From the NCBI GenBank assembly GCA_963753065.1, contig CAVWAQ010000002.1, forward strand, positions 535 to 64,534: DNA of 64,000 bases, given 5' to 3'. Both the position numbers and the translations under genes were made by a program. This stretch comes from Candidatus Bathyarchaeota archaeon. GTDB taxonomy: Archaea > Thermoproteota > Bathyarchaeia > 40CM-2-53-6. The notes under the pieces are model-generated. The model had not been told where the DNA came from, did no database searches, and was given only the letters and a program-made list of their open reading frames with translations. Below, one piece after another: positions 1 through 7,836 of this stretch (the first letter of the stretch is position 1; the number at the start of each line of letters is the position of its first letter).

Positions 1-1741
1 TGTTCTCATGCTCGCTGTCACGAACGTTAACCCCGATCCTTGTCAGCTGGTCCCGGATCTTTGATGGAAGCTCCATGTTCGACACGTAGACGCAGCGTCT
101 ACCAAGCAGGAGCGAATCCGCTAGGATGTTCAGCATAAGCAAGCTCTTCCCACTTCCTGACGCACCGACAATCATTATGACAGCACGCTCTGGGATGGTT
201 CCTCCGAGCAGCTCAGCTACTTGTTTGTAACTTCGTGTTCGCGTCCTGCGGCGGCTCACCGCCCACGCCCCGAGGATAGCAACAATCACGATACATACGA
301 TCGCCAATATCTCCGGCGGGATGGGCAGCTCCAACGCGGTTGCGCTCTGGTCGATCGAGTGAGTCACATTAGTAAAGTGCGTCACTCCGATGAGTGAGGC
401 TACTCTGACCTCGTAGCTCCCCAATGGAACAGCCGCAAAGTGCACTATTCCATTCTGGTCGCTGCTGCCTGAGGCGACAGAGGTTCCATTCAGATACAAG
501 CTCACCTGAGCTCCCATAACTGGGATGCTCAATGGCTGGAGCCTCACGGCAAAATTCCAATCATACAGGGGGGCCATGAGTTGTAGCGTCACGTCGGATT
601 GCACCTCGACTGTGCGCGAGATAATTACTAGCCCGTTCCTCTGCGCACGCAGAATGAGCGGGCCCGTGTCGAGACTCGAGGGTACCAGAGAGGACGCCAT
701 CCCCATAGAGTCGGTTTGGGCCTCGCCAACAAGTTGGTCACCTACGAAGAGCGAGATATTGACACCGGGAAGTGGCTTGCTCTTTGAGTCGAGCAACATG
801 ATGGTGAGAGTGTAGAAGTTAGTGATCGTGACGCGTGTCGATGTCGTGAAAACCCTGTGTGATACGTCGCCCACACTAACGGTGAAGTTGAAGTGCCCTG
901 CCGGAATCGTTATCGGAAGAGCATACTCAAGACGGAACGGTGTCTCCGTCTGAGATGTCAAATTCATCGGCATATCCTTTAGAAACGGGAACCCGGATGA
1001 GTTTGTGACCGTGAGTAACGCAGTCCGTATGTTGATTCCGCGAAAAGGATCCTCAATAGTCACTCGCGCGGTGACGTTGGCCATCTTCGTATCGTTCTCG
1101 GGGAAAATCGTAGAGGCCCTTCCAGCGGCATCAGTAACTTTCAGATCCACTATCGGGGTTGTCTCCACATCAAGCACAACGCGCGTCGATGTGGAGGGGC
1201 TATCCCACAGCAGATTCACCGGCACTCCTGCGTTCGATGAGAATCGGATATCCAGTCTGAGAGCCGAACCTGAGGAAACTTTGTAGTCCGCAGGCCCAAG
1301 GCCGAATATAACATAATAGGGAGCGGAAGGCACCACGATATTGACGGATTCGGACCTGATCTCGATCAAAGATCCGTTGGCCTTCAGCTCAGATATTGCG
1401 ACCCTAACTTCCCCTCGGACATTCTGTTGCGACCCAAGCCAGACGTCCACTTCGATGTCTCCCAGCAGGTGCAAGGGGGCCGAGAGTGAGGGAACGAGTG
1501 TGAAATTCAGGCCTTCACGCAGATCGTCTCTGTGTTGTGTGGTGGTGTTGCCGATCAGGCTGAGCACTCTACCTTGCACGGATACTGCTGACGGATCCGT
1601 GTGAGCATACAGCGTGATCTGGATAGTTGTGGCGTCTGCATTTGCGAGATGGAGCTGAGGCTGCCACATCGCCAATGCGACAATCAACACTAGAAGGACA
1701 GCCTTGGAACGCATGCTCCGATCCGCCGCTAAGATGGTCAT
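1..1741 (-). CDS. Membrane-anchored KaiC/RecA-like ATPase with a large extracellular region (3' end runs off the window)
   Basis: It is not in the ORF track because it is truncated at the window edge. My hand translation from ATG (complement 1741-1739) stays open to position 1. It shows an N-terminal signal/TM (AVLLVLIVALAMW) and about 430 aa of extracellular sequence with two CarboxypepD_reg-like beta-sandwich repeats (PLPGVNISLFVGDQLVGEAQTDSMG; GAQVSLYLNGTSVASGSSDQNGIVHFAAVPLGSYEV). A TM follows (ILAIVCIVIVAILGAWAV), then a cytoplasmic Walker A (VIMIVGASGSGKSLLMLNI...RRCVYVS) typical of KaiC/RadA-type ATPases. Confidence 0.7.
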   Translation of the reverse strand, partial: MTILAADRSMRSKAVLLVLIVALAMWQPQLHLANADATTIQITLYAHTDPSAVSVQGRVLSLIGNTTTQHRDDLREGLNFTLVPSLSAPLHLLGDIEVDVWLGSQQNVRGEVRVAISELKANGSLIEIRSESVNIVVPSAPYYVIFGLGPADYKVSSGSALRLDIRFSSNAGVPVNLLWDSPSTSTRVVLDVETTPIVDLKVTDAAGRASTIFPENDTKMANVTARVTIEDPFRGINIRTALLTVTNSSGFPFLKDMPMNLTSQTETPFRLEYALPITIPAGHFNFTVSVGDVSHRVFTTSTRVTITNFYTLTIMLLDSKSKPLPGVNISLFVGDQLVGEAQTDSMGMASSLVPSSLDTGPLILRAQRNGLVIISRTVEVQSDVTLQLMAPLYDWNFAVRLQPLSIPVMGAQVSLYLNGTSVASGSSDQNGIVHFAAVPLGSYEVRVASLIGVTHFTNVTHSIDQSATALELPIPPEILAIVCIVIVAILGAWAVSRRRTRTRSYKQVAELLGGTIPERAVIMIVGASGSGKSLLMLNILADSLLLGRRCVYVSNMELPSKIRDQLTRIGVNVRDSEHEN

Positions 1742-1746
1742 GGGTT

Positions 1747-1774
1747 ATCCACATATAACGCTAGCATTGTGGAT
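1747..1774. promoter_or_regulatory. Palindromic operator-like site in the divergent KaiC-like intergenic region
   Basis: ATCCACA-N14-TGTGGAT is a perfect 7-bp inverted repeat enclosing TATAA and a GCTAGC palindrome. A second GCTAGC lies at about 1814-1819. The site sits between the divergent start codons at 1741 (-) and 1844 (+). Confidence 0.35.
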
Positions 1775-1843
1775 ATGCGCCGTCCCGACTCAAATTCTTA
1801 TTACGAGCGAGGCAGCTAGCGTTCACGGTCGCTGCGGATAGCA

Positions 1844-2599
1844 ATGGAGCGCGTTTCATCCGGAGTCAAGGGATTGGACGAGATCCTAGAGGGAGGGTTC
1901 CCCAAGGCAAGGACGATCCTCATCGTGGGAAGCCCAGGATCAGGCAAGACGATTCTCGCGATCCAGTATCTGCGGGCTGGGGCCCTGAAGGGTGAACGTT
2001 CGATCTACGTCACATTCGACGAGAGGCCAGAACAGGTCAAGGAGAACATGTCTGCTTTCAGCTGGGACTTGGACGGGTTGGAGGGGGAAGGCAAGATCAT
2101 GTTCGTCGACGCGACTCCCTTCCGAAGGATGAAGGCGACCTCGACGATCGGGCCCGACGGACGACCAGACATACTCGCTCAGGATGCCTTGCCTGAGATC
2201 ACACTGCGTGCGCTCGTTGAGACCGTGAGGCGTCTTGCTGAGGAAGAGGGTGTGACGAGACTCGTCGTTGACCCGATTACTTCTCTTTCGGTTCGATATC
2301 AGTCGCCGATCAAAAGAAGGCGGGCGATGCTTATGCTCTTCGATGCTCTCTCGTCGACCGGTGCGACATGCCTCGTTAACAGCGAATTGAGAACTTCCAT
2401 GCTGACTCGAAGGTTCCAGCTTGAGGAGTATCTGTCGCAGGGCGTCGTGCTCATGCGAACGGGCATTCATGAAGGTAACGTCGTCAGGGCAGTTCAAGTG
2501 GAGAAGATGAGAGGCATCGCGCACGATACCCAACTGCGCCCATACACGATCGGTCAGAACGGGATCGAAGTCTTCGCGAAAGACAAAGTCTTCAAATGA
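1844..2599 (+). CDS. Single-domain KaiC-like (RecA-superfamily) ATPase
   Basis: The 251-aa ORF has GVKGLDEILEGGFPKARTILIVGSPGSGKTILAIQYL (Walker A) and a Walker B-like RLVVDPITS. This is the typical archaeal KaiC/RadA-like architecture. Confidence 0.85.
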   Translation: MERVSSGVKGLDEILEGGFPKARTILIVGSPGSGKTILAIQYLRAGALKGERSIYVTFDERPEQVKENMSAFSWDLDGLEGEGKIMFVDATPFRRMKATSTIGPDGRPDILAQDALPEITLRALVETVRRLAEEEGVTRLVVDPITSLSVRYQSPIKRRRAMLMLFDALSSTGATCLVNSELRTSMLTRRFQLEEYLSQGVVLMRTGIHEGNVVRAVQVEKMRGIAHDTQLRPYTIGQNGIEVFAKDKVFK

Positions 2600-2739
2600 C
2601 CACATAGGGCGAGCACAAGCTCTTGTTTCTAGAGATGAGCAAGCGGGGCCCTCAATAGTCATGTAGAGCCACAGCATGGAACTTGATTCTCTTCGCTTGG
2701 GTGGGCATTCCGTTGTTGCGGTTCCACCTGCATTCATCG
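2597..2739. repeat. Rearranged fragment (copy C) of the hairpin-unit/structured-element family
   Basis: 2597-2632 (TGACCACATAGGGCGAGCACAAGCTCTTGTTTCTAG) resembles the left half-unit and junction of copies A and B on the + strand. 2683-2739 carries the conserved core GGTGGAACCGCAACAACGGAATGCCCACC in the opposite orientation. It begins at the TGA stop of the KaiC-like gene. Confidence 0.6.
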
Positions 2740-2800
2740 TTTTTCTAGAGAAAAAGGTACGTACGGTGGATGCCTCGAGGAATCCACCGTGAGCAGAGGT

Positions 2801-3529
2801 TCACTCAGGTTCGTTCTTTCTGTGTACTCTGGCAAAGACTACGACAGCAAGTACTGTAAAAGTCACGATCAACCAGCTGCTTGAGAACTCTGGGACTGGA
2901 GTGCCGGTGATTGTGACTGTTTGCGTATAGCCTGACCTTGCAACTGTCGTCACCGGTGATCCGCTCTCTGGAGTTGCAAGCGACGGACCCCAAGTGTAGG
3001 TCCCGGCTGTCGAAGGATTAATGAAGAAACCTGCCACACATACGGAATCCAGATACACAGCATTTCCGACCATGGTTTTTGGAATCTGGAAGACCATTTT
3101 GCCTGGCGTAGTCGGAGTAGGCTCGGTCAGTTCCATGTAAGTGGTGTACGTAATGATCACCACGCTGACCGTCGTAACGAAGTGATCTGGAGTGGTTGTG
3201 GTCTTAACGTTGAATGGAGCGCTTAAGGCGCCGCCGGGCTGACCCGCTGTGCCTGTTATGATCGTGATTCCCGACGTACTTGTGATGTATGTAGGGTTGA
3301 TTGAGTATCCGGCTGGAATGACCACGGAGAGGCTAGCGAGAGCCATTTTGCTGTCTGTGTTCTCAATGTGAAACTTGTAGACCGCATCCGTTGCCCCTGG
3401 CTGGGTCGCATCCGTTGCCCCTGAGGTAGTCACATCAAGCGTTGGCGTGGTTGCAAAATCCGCGAGAGCATACGGAGTTACGGCGAGAAGCATCAGGATC
3501 GTCACTATCAGAAGAGTGATTCTCTTCAT
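2801..3529 (-). CDS. Secreted surface protein with a PEF-CTERM-like sorting signal
   Basis: The 242-aa ORF has an N-terminal signal peptide (MKRITLLIVTILMLLAVTPYALA). Its C-terminus is tripartite: TPVPEF, then a TM (SSSWLIVTFTVLAVVVFA), then a basic tail (RVHRKNEPE). Confidence 0.75.
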   Translation of the reverse strand: MKRITLLIVTILMLLAVTPYALADFATTPTLDVTTSGATDATQPGATDAVYKFHIENTDSKMALASLSVVIPAGYSINPTYITSTSGITIITGTAGQPGGALSAPFNVKTTTTPDHFVTTVSVVIITYTTYMELTEPTPTTPGKMVFQIPKTMVGNAVYLDSVCVAGFFINPSTAGTYTWGPSLATPESGSPVTTVARSGYTQTVTITGTPVPEFSSSWLIVTFTVLAVVVFARVHRKNEPE

Positions 3530-3927
3530 AGTGTTTGTTCACCTCCCTACAACCTTGAGGAATATCTTTGCTTTCACTCGCTGTCTGTCTATGACCCCAA
3601 TGTCACTATTTATGACCTTGCGTGTCTGCTTGATCAGGTGAATTGAACGGGGATTCGAGATACCGGCCCTTCGAAGCGCCATTCCATGTCTCATGTAGTG
3701 TGGGTCTCAGGGTGCACAGGCAGATCAAGCAACGCCGGCCTTGAAACGAGCTAAGCCCTGGATTGTTTGTGTGATGCGACGCGAAAAGGGCATAATCAAG
3801 AGACCTAGATAGAACAGTAACGCGAATGGATCAGCGAACGTAGCGACACGGCTCCGCCACAGATCCTACTGCACGGCTTCGTCGTTGAATACGCTGTAGT
3901 CGACGACGAGCTTGTTGTGGTGCTCGA

Positions 3928-4296
3928 TTATGAGCTCATGCTTGCCGTAACAGTCACCGTGCTTGTGCTAGTCGTATACTGCACCGTGGTCCAGACACCG
4001 TAGGCTAGGCTTGTCAGAATGGGCCAGATGGTTGAGATTGTCCAAATGGTCGTGGTCGTATAGATGATTGTAGTAACAGTGGCATTGGACGCCTACTGAG
4101 CAAACAAAGACGCACCAGCATAAACTCCCGACCCGGCCGAAAGCATGACCGCAAGCATCAGCAGCACCGCCACTAATGCCGAACGCCCTGGCTGACTACC
4201 GGAAGCATGATCGTCAGCTTTGTTCTTCAATTCTTTCTCCTTCTCTTTTCTTCCCGAAGTCACTTGTTTGACTCGAGTTCTTGCCTGAGCGTTCAT
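3928..4296 (-). pseudogene. Truncated, nonsense-interrupted paralog of the N-terminus of the LamG surface protein at 44155-45111
   Basis: ALVAVLLMLAVMLSAGSGVYAGASLFAQ-TAG-ASNATVTT...YGVWTTVQYTTSTSTVTVT parallels VLMAVLLVLVVLLSLGSGLYAGASFFPQQASNVTTT...YGVWTTVQYTTSTSTVTVT. An in-frame TAG replaces a Gln codon, and the copy ends before the LamG domain. Confidence 0.6.
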
Positions 4297-4514
4297 CTAA
4301 CGGCGCTTCCGACCAGTGCCTCGGACAGAGTGGCTGTTCTATCCTCGGACTTCTGCGACTCTGCCCAGATCTCCAAAGTATGACGGGTATTGTTCTCTGC
4401 TGAACGCTATCCATGCTGCTCTCCGAATCCATATGCGGTTCGTTACTAAACGCTCTTGTAGTTGACACATCCCGGGGGGTAGAACAGTGGTAGGTGTCGC
4501 GAGAAACCCTTAAC

Positions 4515-4898
4515 TGATTCTCTTCGCGACTGAAGTCGCGGAGATTCATGCTTCCACCGCTGGTCCTTTGTTGGGTGGGCATTCCGTTGTTGCGGTTCCA
4601 CCCGCATCCATCCCAGCGCAGAAGCATAGGCCAAACCATCGGCCTGACGGCGTACCCGCCGCAGCGAGCCGCCATATTCACGACGCCTCTACCTACTCGA
4701 GCCTGCCCCGCCTATTTTCGGTTGAGAGCCTTTTTCGAGCCTTCGGACATCTCAACCACATCTGAGCCTACTGTCCCTTTTGGGATTGTCTCATTCGGCC
4801 CAGGAGATCCGGTGTGTGCGAGACATTTAAGCTGCAGGGGCTCGCTTACTCCACACCTAAAGTCGCGAGCTTGCGCTCCCCCCATTATGGTCAACTAT
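4515..4898 (-). repeat. Copy A: hairpin repeat unit interrupted by a structured insert of about 325 nt (candidate non-autonomous mobile element or ncRNA)
   Basis: The minus strand reads TGACCATAATGGGGGGAGCGCAAGCTCGCGACTTTAG | GTGTGGAGTAAGCGAGCCCC...GGTGGAACCGCAACAACGGAATGCCCACCC...GGAAGCATGAATCTCCGCGACTTCAG | TCGCGAAGAGAATCAG. The last ~190 nt are about 90% identical by eye to 58290-58466. Confidence 0.7.
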
Positions 4899-4927
4899 GC
4901 GTCAGCGTTCAGGAGAGACGAAGCGGT

Positions 4928-5767
4928 TTGAAGCTCAGGAACAGGTTGACGCTTTTCTTTGTCATCTACATCATTGCACTAAGTTTTGTTCCTCTGCTTC
5001 ATGATACGCTCCTTGCTCAAGGGAAATGGCTTGGGTACGGCACAGGCGCCTACCAGTATCAGAGCCAGAGCTACTTTGTCCTCTTCAATGATCCGTACGA
5101 TGGCAGCAGCAAACCGCACATCCATGTGAACCCAAGCTTCGCGCCCGCCAGCCGGATCAGCCTGATCGAGTTCAGCGATTGGACGTCTTGGGTGAATGGT
5201 TACAACCTCTTCAATGATTTCAATGTGACGATGCGAGCAAGTCCCCAGACGCTTGACATCACATACAGTGGGCCTGGACTGGTCCTCCACAAGTACATCG
5301 AGATGTCATCGGATGCGGTGAAGGTCATAATGCAGTCCGAAAAGGAGTTCACTGCTCACGTCGAGATGTGGAGATGGGTGATGACATCCATAAACGGGAT
5401 ATCGATAAAGGATGTAGCGAAGCCTCTGGTGATCGCTCCGACGACTTTGCTCGAGTTCACATTTTCGGATGACGGTCTCCCGGGCCTCGGACATGGACGT
5501 ATCGTGATGTCTGCTGTGCCATCTCAGATAGAGATCTGGCCTTACGAGAATGGCTTCAACAAGATCACCGTTGACTTCGTGAACAGCATGATGTCATTCA
5601 CGGTGTCTGGCTCGATGGAGGCAGTCGGAACACCGTCACTGGAGTGGAACTATTCGCTGCTACCCTATGTTCTGCCGGTCGTATCGGTAACGGTAGTCGC
5701 GCTGTACTTGTTGGTCGGTAGGTATGGAAGAACGATCAAGAATCGTGCTGCTAGCCGCGGCAATTAG
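4928..5767 (+). CDS. Membrane-anchored extracellular protein (hypothetical)
   Basis: This is the ORF 4814-5767. The likely start is the in-frame TTG at 4928, giving MKLRNRLTLFFVIYIIALSFVPLL as a signal anchor. There is a C-terminal TM plus basic tail (LPVVSVTVVALYLLVGRYGRTIKNR). The upstream part of the ORF overlaps repeat copy A. Confidence 0.6.
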   Translation: MKLRNRLTLFFVIYIIALSFVPLLHDTLLAQGKWLGYGTGAYQYQSQSYFVLFNDPYDGSSKPHIHVNPSFAPASRISLIEFSDWTSWVNGYNLFNDFNVTMRASPQTLDITYSGPGLVLHKYIEMSSDAVKVIMQSEKEFTAHVEMWRWVMTSINGISIKDVAKPLVIAPTTLLEFTFSDDGLPGLGHGRIVMSAVPSQIEIWPYENGFNKITVDFVNSMMSFTVSGSMEAVGTPSLEWNYSLLPYVLPVVSVTVVALYLLVGRYGRTIKNRAASRGN

Positions 5768-7073
5768 ACTGGCGATCGCGCCCTTCTTCATGCACGCGGG
5801 CGACGTTGGCACAATCTACGAATCCTGCGTCATGGTGCTCAAAGGCGCGAATATCTTCGACTTCGTCTACGCAAAGACTATGCAGATGCAGACCACAACG
5901 GGTCTGCCAGTATTCTTTGAAGGGTACGCGTACCATCCGCTGCTGATCTACTTCTTCGCCCCATTCTATTGGCTTTTCACGTTAATCGCGGGACAGGGTC
6001 CCGTCATGATTGACGGGCACTATCCTTCGCTTCCCGTGCTCATCTACCCGTGGACGCCGGTGCTGCTTCTGATGCTCAAGATTCCGATCATATTGGCAGA
6101 TGTGCTCGTCGTCTATATTTTGGCAGCCAAGGACCTGAGAAAGGCGAAAATCTATGCCTTCTGCCCGTACGTAATATTCATCGGCGTGGTGTGGGGCATG
6201 TTTGATGCCCTTGTCGCCCTGTTCCTTCTTCTATCCTACCTCACGTCCTCTAGGAACAGCTTCCTGTCCGGATTCTTCTATGGTTTGAGCCTGATGAAAC
6301 TGTACACGGTCGTCCTGCTGCCGTTGTACGTGGTTCGCCTTTTCGGAAAATGGAAAGCATTCAGCGCATTTCTGACTGGGTTTGTTGTGACGTTGCTCCC
6401 GGTCGTCTACTACCTGATCGTGAGCCCGGTCTCCATCTGGAATGTACTGGTCACCTTTCAGGGTGGGAGGCTCATGGGCGGCGTCAACTTGTACAATTTC
6501 ATCTGGGTTGTTCAAGATCTGCGATTCGATCTCGCTGTGTCGATGATCCCGAACGTCGTTCTCGTCGTTGCTCTATTGTGTCTGATCGTCAAGTTCGGCA
6601 GGAACGTCCCGCTCCTGCAATCAACTCTGATGATAATGTTTGCGTATTTCCTTTTTGGGAAAGTCATAAACGAGCAGTTCCTCGTCGCAATCTTCCCGCT
6701 AATGCTGCTCTGCAAGGAATGCGACCATAGGCTATGGGTCGCACCGTTCGTCTTCATTTTCCTGCGGTCGCCTTTCTACTACTTCATGCTCCCGATACTT
6801 TGGACGAGCCCCGTCTTCTATGGGTACTATCTTCAGGCAGATGAGGTATGGAGGCAGCTTCAGGCCGCGGGATACCTGCAGATACCTATGTACGCAGTCG
6901 GGATTGCGTTCTCACTTTTGATCTTCTGGAATCTCCTGCGGGTAATTGACGCAACACGCGGTGGAATCTCCTCGACACCTGGAGTAACAGGCCCGATGGG
7001 ACATCGTGCCTACGACCGCGTGCTGAAAAGGGCGCGGGGAGTGTGGGAAAACTCAATCTTAAACCGGCCTTGA
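5724..7073 (+). CDS. Polytopic GT-C-type glycosyltransferase-like membrane protein (DUF2029/GT87-like)
   Basis: The 449-aa ORF has more than 10 predicted TM segments. An N-terminal loop motif, GANIFDFVY...GYAYHPLLIYFFAPFYW, resembles the G-x-N-x-Y...Y-x-P pattern of DUF2029/PMT-like GT-C enzymes. Confidence 0.65.
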   Translation: MEERSRIVLLAAAIRLAIAPFFMHAGDVGTIYESCVMVLKGANIFDFVYAKTMQMQTTTGLPVFFEGYAYHPLLIYFFAPFYWLFTLIAGQGPVMIDGHYPSLPVLIYPWTPVLLLMLKIPIILADVLVVYILAAKDLRKAKIYAFCPYVIFIGVVWGMFDALVALFLLLSYLTSSRNSFLSGFFYGLSLMKLYTVVLLPLYVVRLFGKWKAFSAFLTGFVVTLLPVVYYLIVSPVSIWNVLVTFQGGRLMGGVNLYNFIWVVQDLRFDLAVSMIPNVVLVVALLCLIVKFGRNVPLLQSTLMIMFAYFLFGKVINEQFLVAIFPLMLLCKECDHRLWVAPFVFIFLRSPFYYFMLPILWTSPVFYGYYLQADEVWRQLQAAGYLQIPMYAVGIAFSLLIFWNLLRVIDATRGGISSTPGVTGPMGHRAYDRVLKRARGVWENSILNRP

Positions 7074-7150
7074 ACTGGAGGAAGTAGCTCATAGATGCAC
7101 TAAAAGATAATTAGGATCATCTGAGACCTGTTCGGATGTAGCCTCGGGTT

Positions 7151-7387
7151 TTGGAGCTGCAGCAAGTGGCCAAGCAGGTCTTGGAACGAACAAGCGAGAA
7201 GAAAACGCTAGAGGAAATTCTTGTACGAGTCAAAGCATTGCAGGATGCGCTTGAAGAGAACGAGATCGAAGCCATCTTGCGCGATCCCAAGTACAGGAGA
7301 GCACTGCGAGAAGCTGAGGGGGATGTCAAGTCTGGCAAAGAACGCCCCCTGCAGAGTTTCCTCAAAGACCTGAGTAAGAGAACTTGA
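7151..7387 (+). CDS. Type II antitoxin (small helical protein upstream of the RelE-like toxin)
   Basis: The 78-aa ORF has a TTG start and its stop overlaps the toxin start by 4 nt (7384-7387), which is typical TA operon geometry. Confidence 0.6.
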   Translation: MELQQVAKQVLERTSEKKTLEEILVRVKALQDALEENEIEAILRDPKYRRALREAEGDVKSGKERPLQSFLKDLSKRT

Positions 7388-7650
7388 CTCGAACGTACAG
7401 GATCCTGGTAACAAGTCGTTTCGAGAAAGACATCAGAAGATTGCCAAGTAGTGTGCAGCGCAGGATATCGGAAGTCTTGGAGCTAGTGGCACACAACCCT
7501 TTCGCCTTTGAGGTTCTCAGCGGGGAATTCAAAGGCTTGAGGAAAGTTCGGATCGGGGAATATCGTCTTATCTACAGAATCGACTCCGACAATGAAAGCA
7601 AGACAGTCCGTCTGCTGTTTATTGCCCATAGGCGCAGCGTCTATCGCTAG
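7384..7650 (+). CDS. relE: RelE/ParE-family type II toxin
   Basis: The 88-aa ORF has YRILVTSRFEKDIRRLP...LRKVRIGEYRLIYRIDSDNESKTVRLLFIAHRRSVY, matching the RelE/ParE signature (RxGdYRiiY...hRk.vY). Confidence 0.8.
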   Translation: MTRTYRILVTSRFEKDIRRLPSSVQRRISEVLELVAHNPFAFEVLSGEFKGLRKVRIGEYRLIYRIDSDNESKTVRLLFIAHRRSVYR

Positions 7651-7836
7651 ACCTCTCTGTCCAAAGGCGTTCGAAAGCAGTCCTAGCGTCAAAGGTCGAA
7701 ACGTTGAATCGCAAATGACCGGCATGAAAACAAGACGAATCTGACGGCCTGCGCAGATTCAAGGCACCTAAGTGGCTACCACTTGGCGTATCGGACAAAG
7801 GCTTCTCTCGGGAGGCCCATAGTCAGGGATAATCGA

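Noticed and set aside
525-1604. There are plus-strand ORFs at 525-815, 1005-1286 and 1341-1604.
   Set aside because: They are antisense to the long minus-strand frame (1-1741) that encodes a coherent signal/TM/beta-sandwich/TM/Walker-A protein, and they have no motifs of their own.
1940-2737. There are long antisense or overlapping ORFs: 1940-2737, 13002-13487, 16298-16852, 19532-20101, 30382-30858, 35930-36550, 37636-38052 and 44473-44937.
   Set aside because: Each lies opposite or out of frame within a gene that has clear family motifs. Their translations are low-complexity (Arg/Ser/Pro-rich) and lack motifs. I treat them as shadow ORFs.
4515-4898. Elements A and B could be canonical group II introns (5' GUGUG, insertion into a hairpin as for class C/attC introns).
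   Set aside because: I could not find a domain V (34-nt helix with an AGC/CGC triad and GNRA loop). The terminal hairpin has a DV-like 2-nt bulge but no triad, and its loop is UUCA. There is no RT ORF, the 3' end is AG rather than AY, and ~325 nt is shorter than known ORF-less group II introns. I keep it only as a low-probability alternative in the findings.
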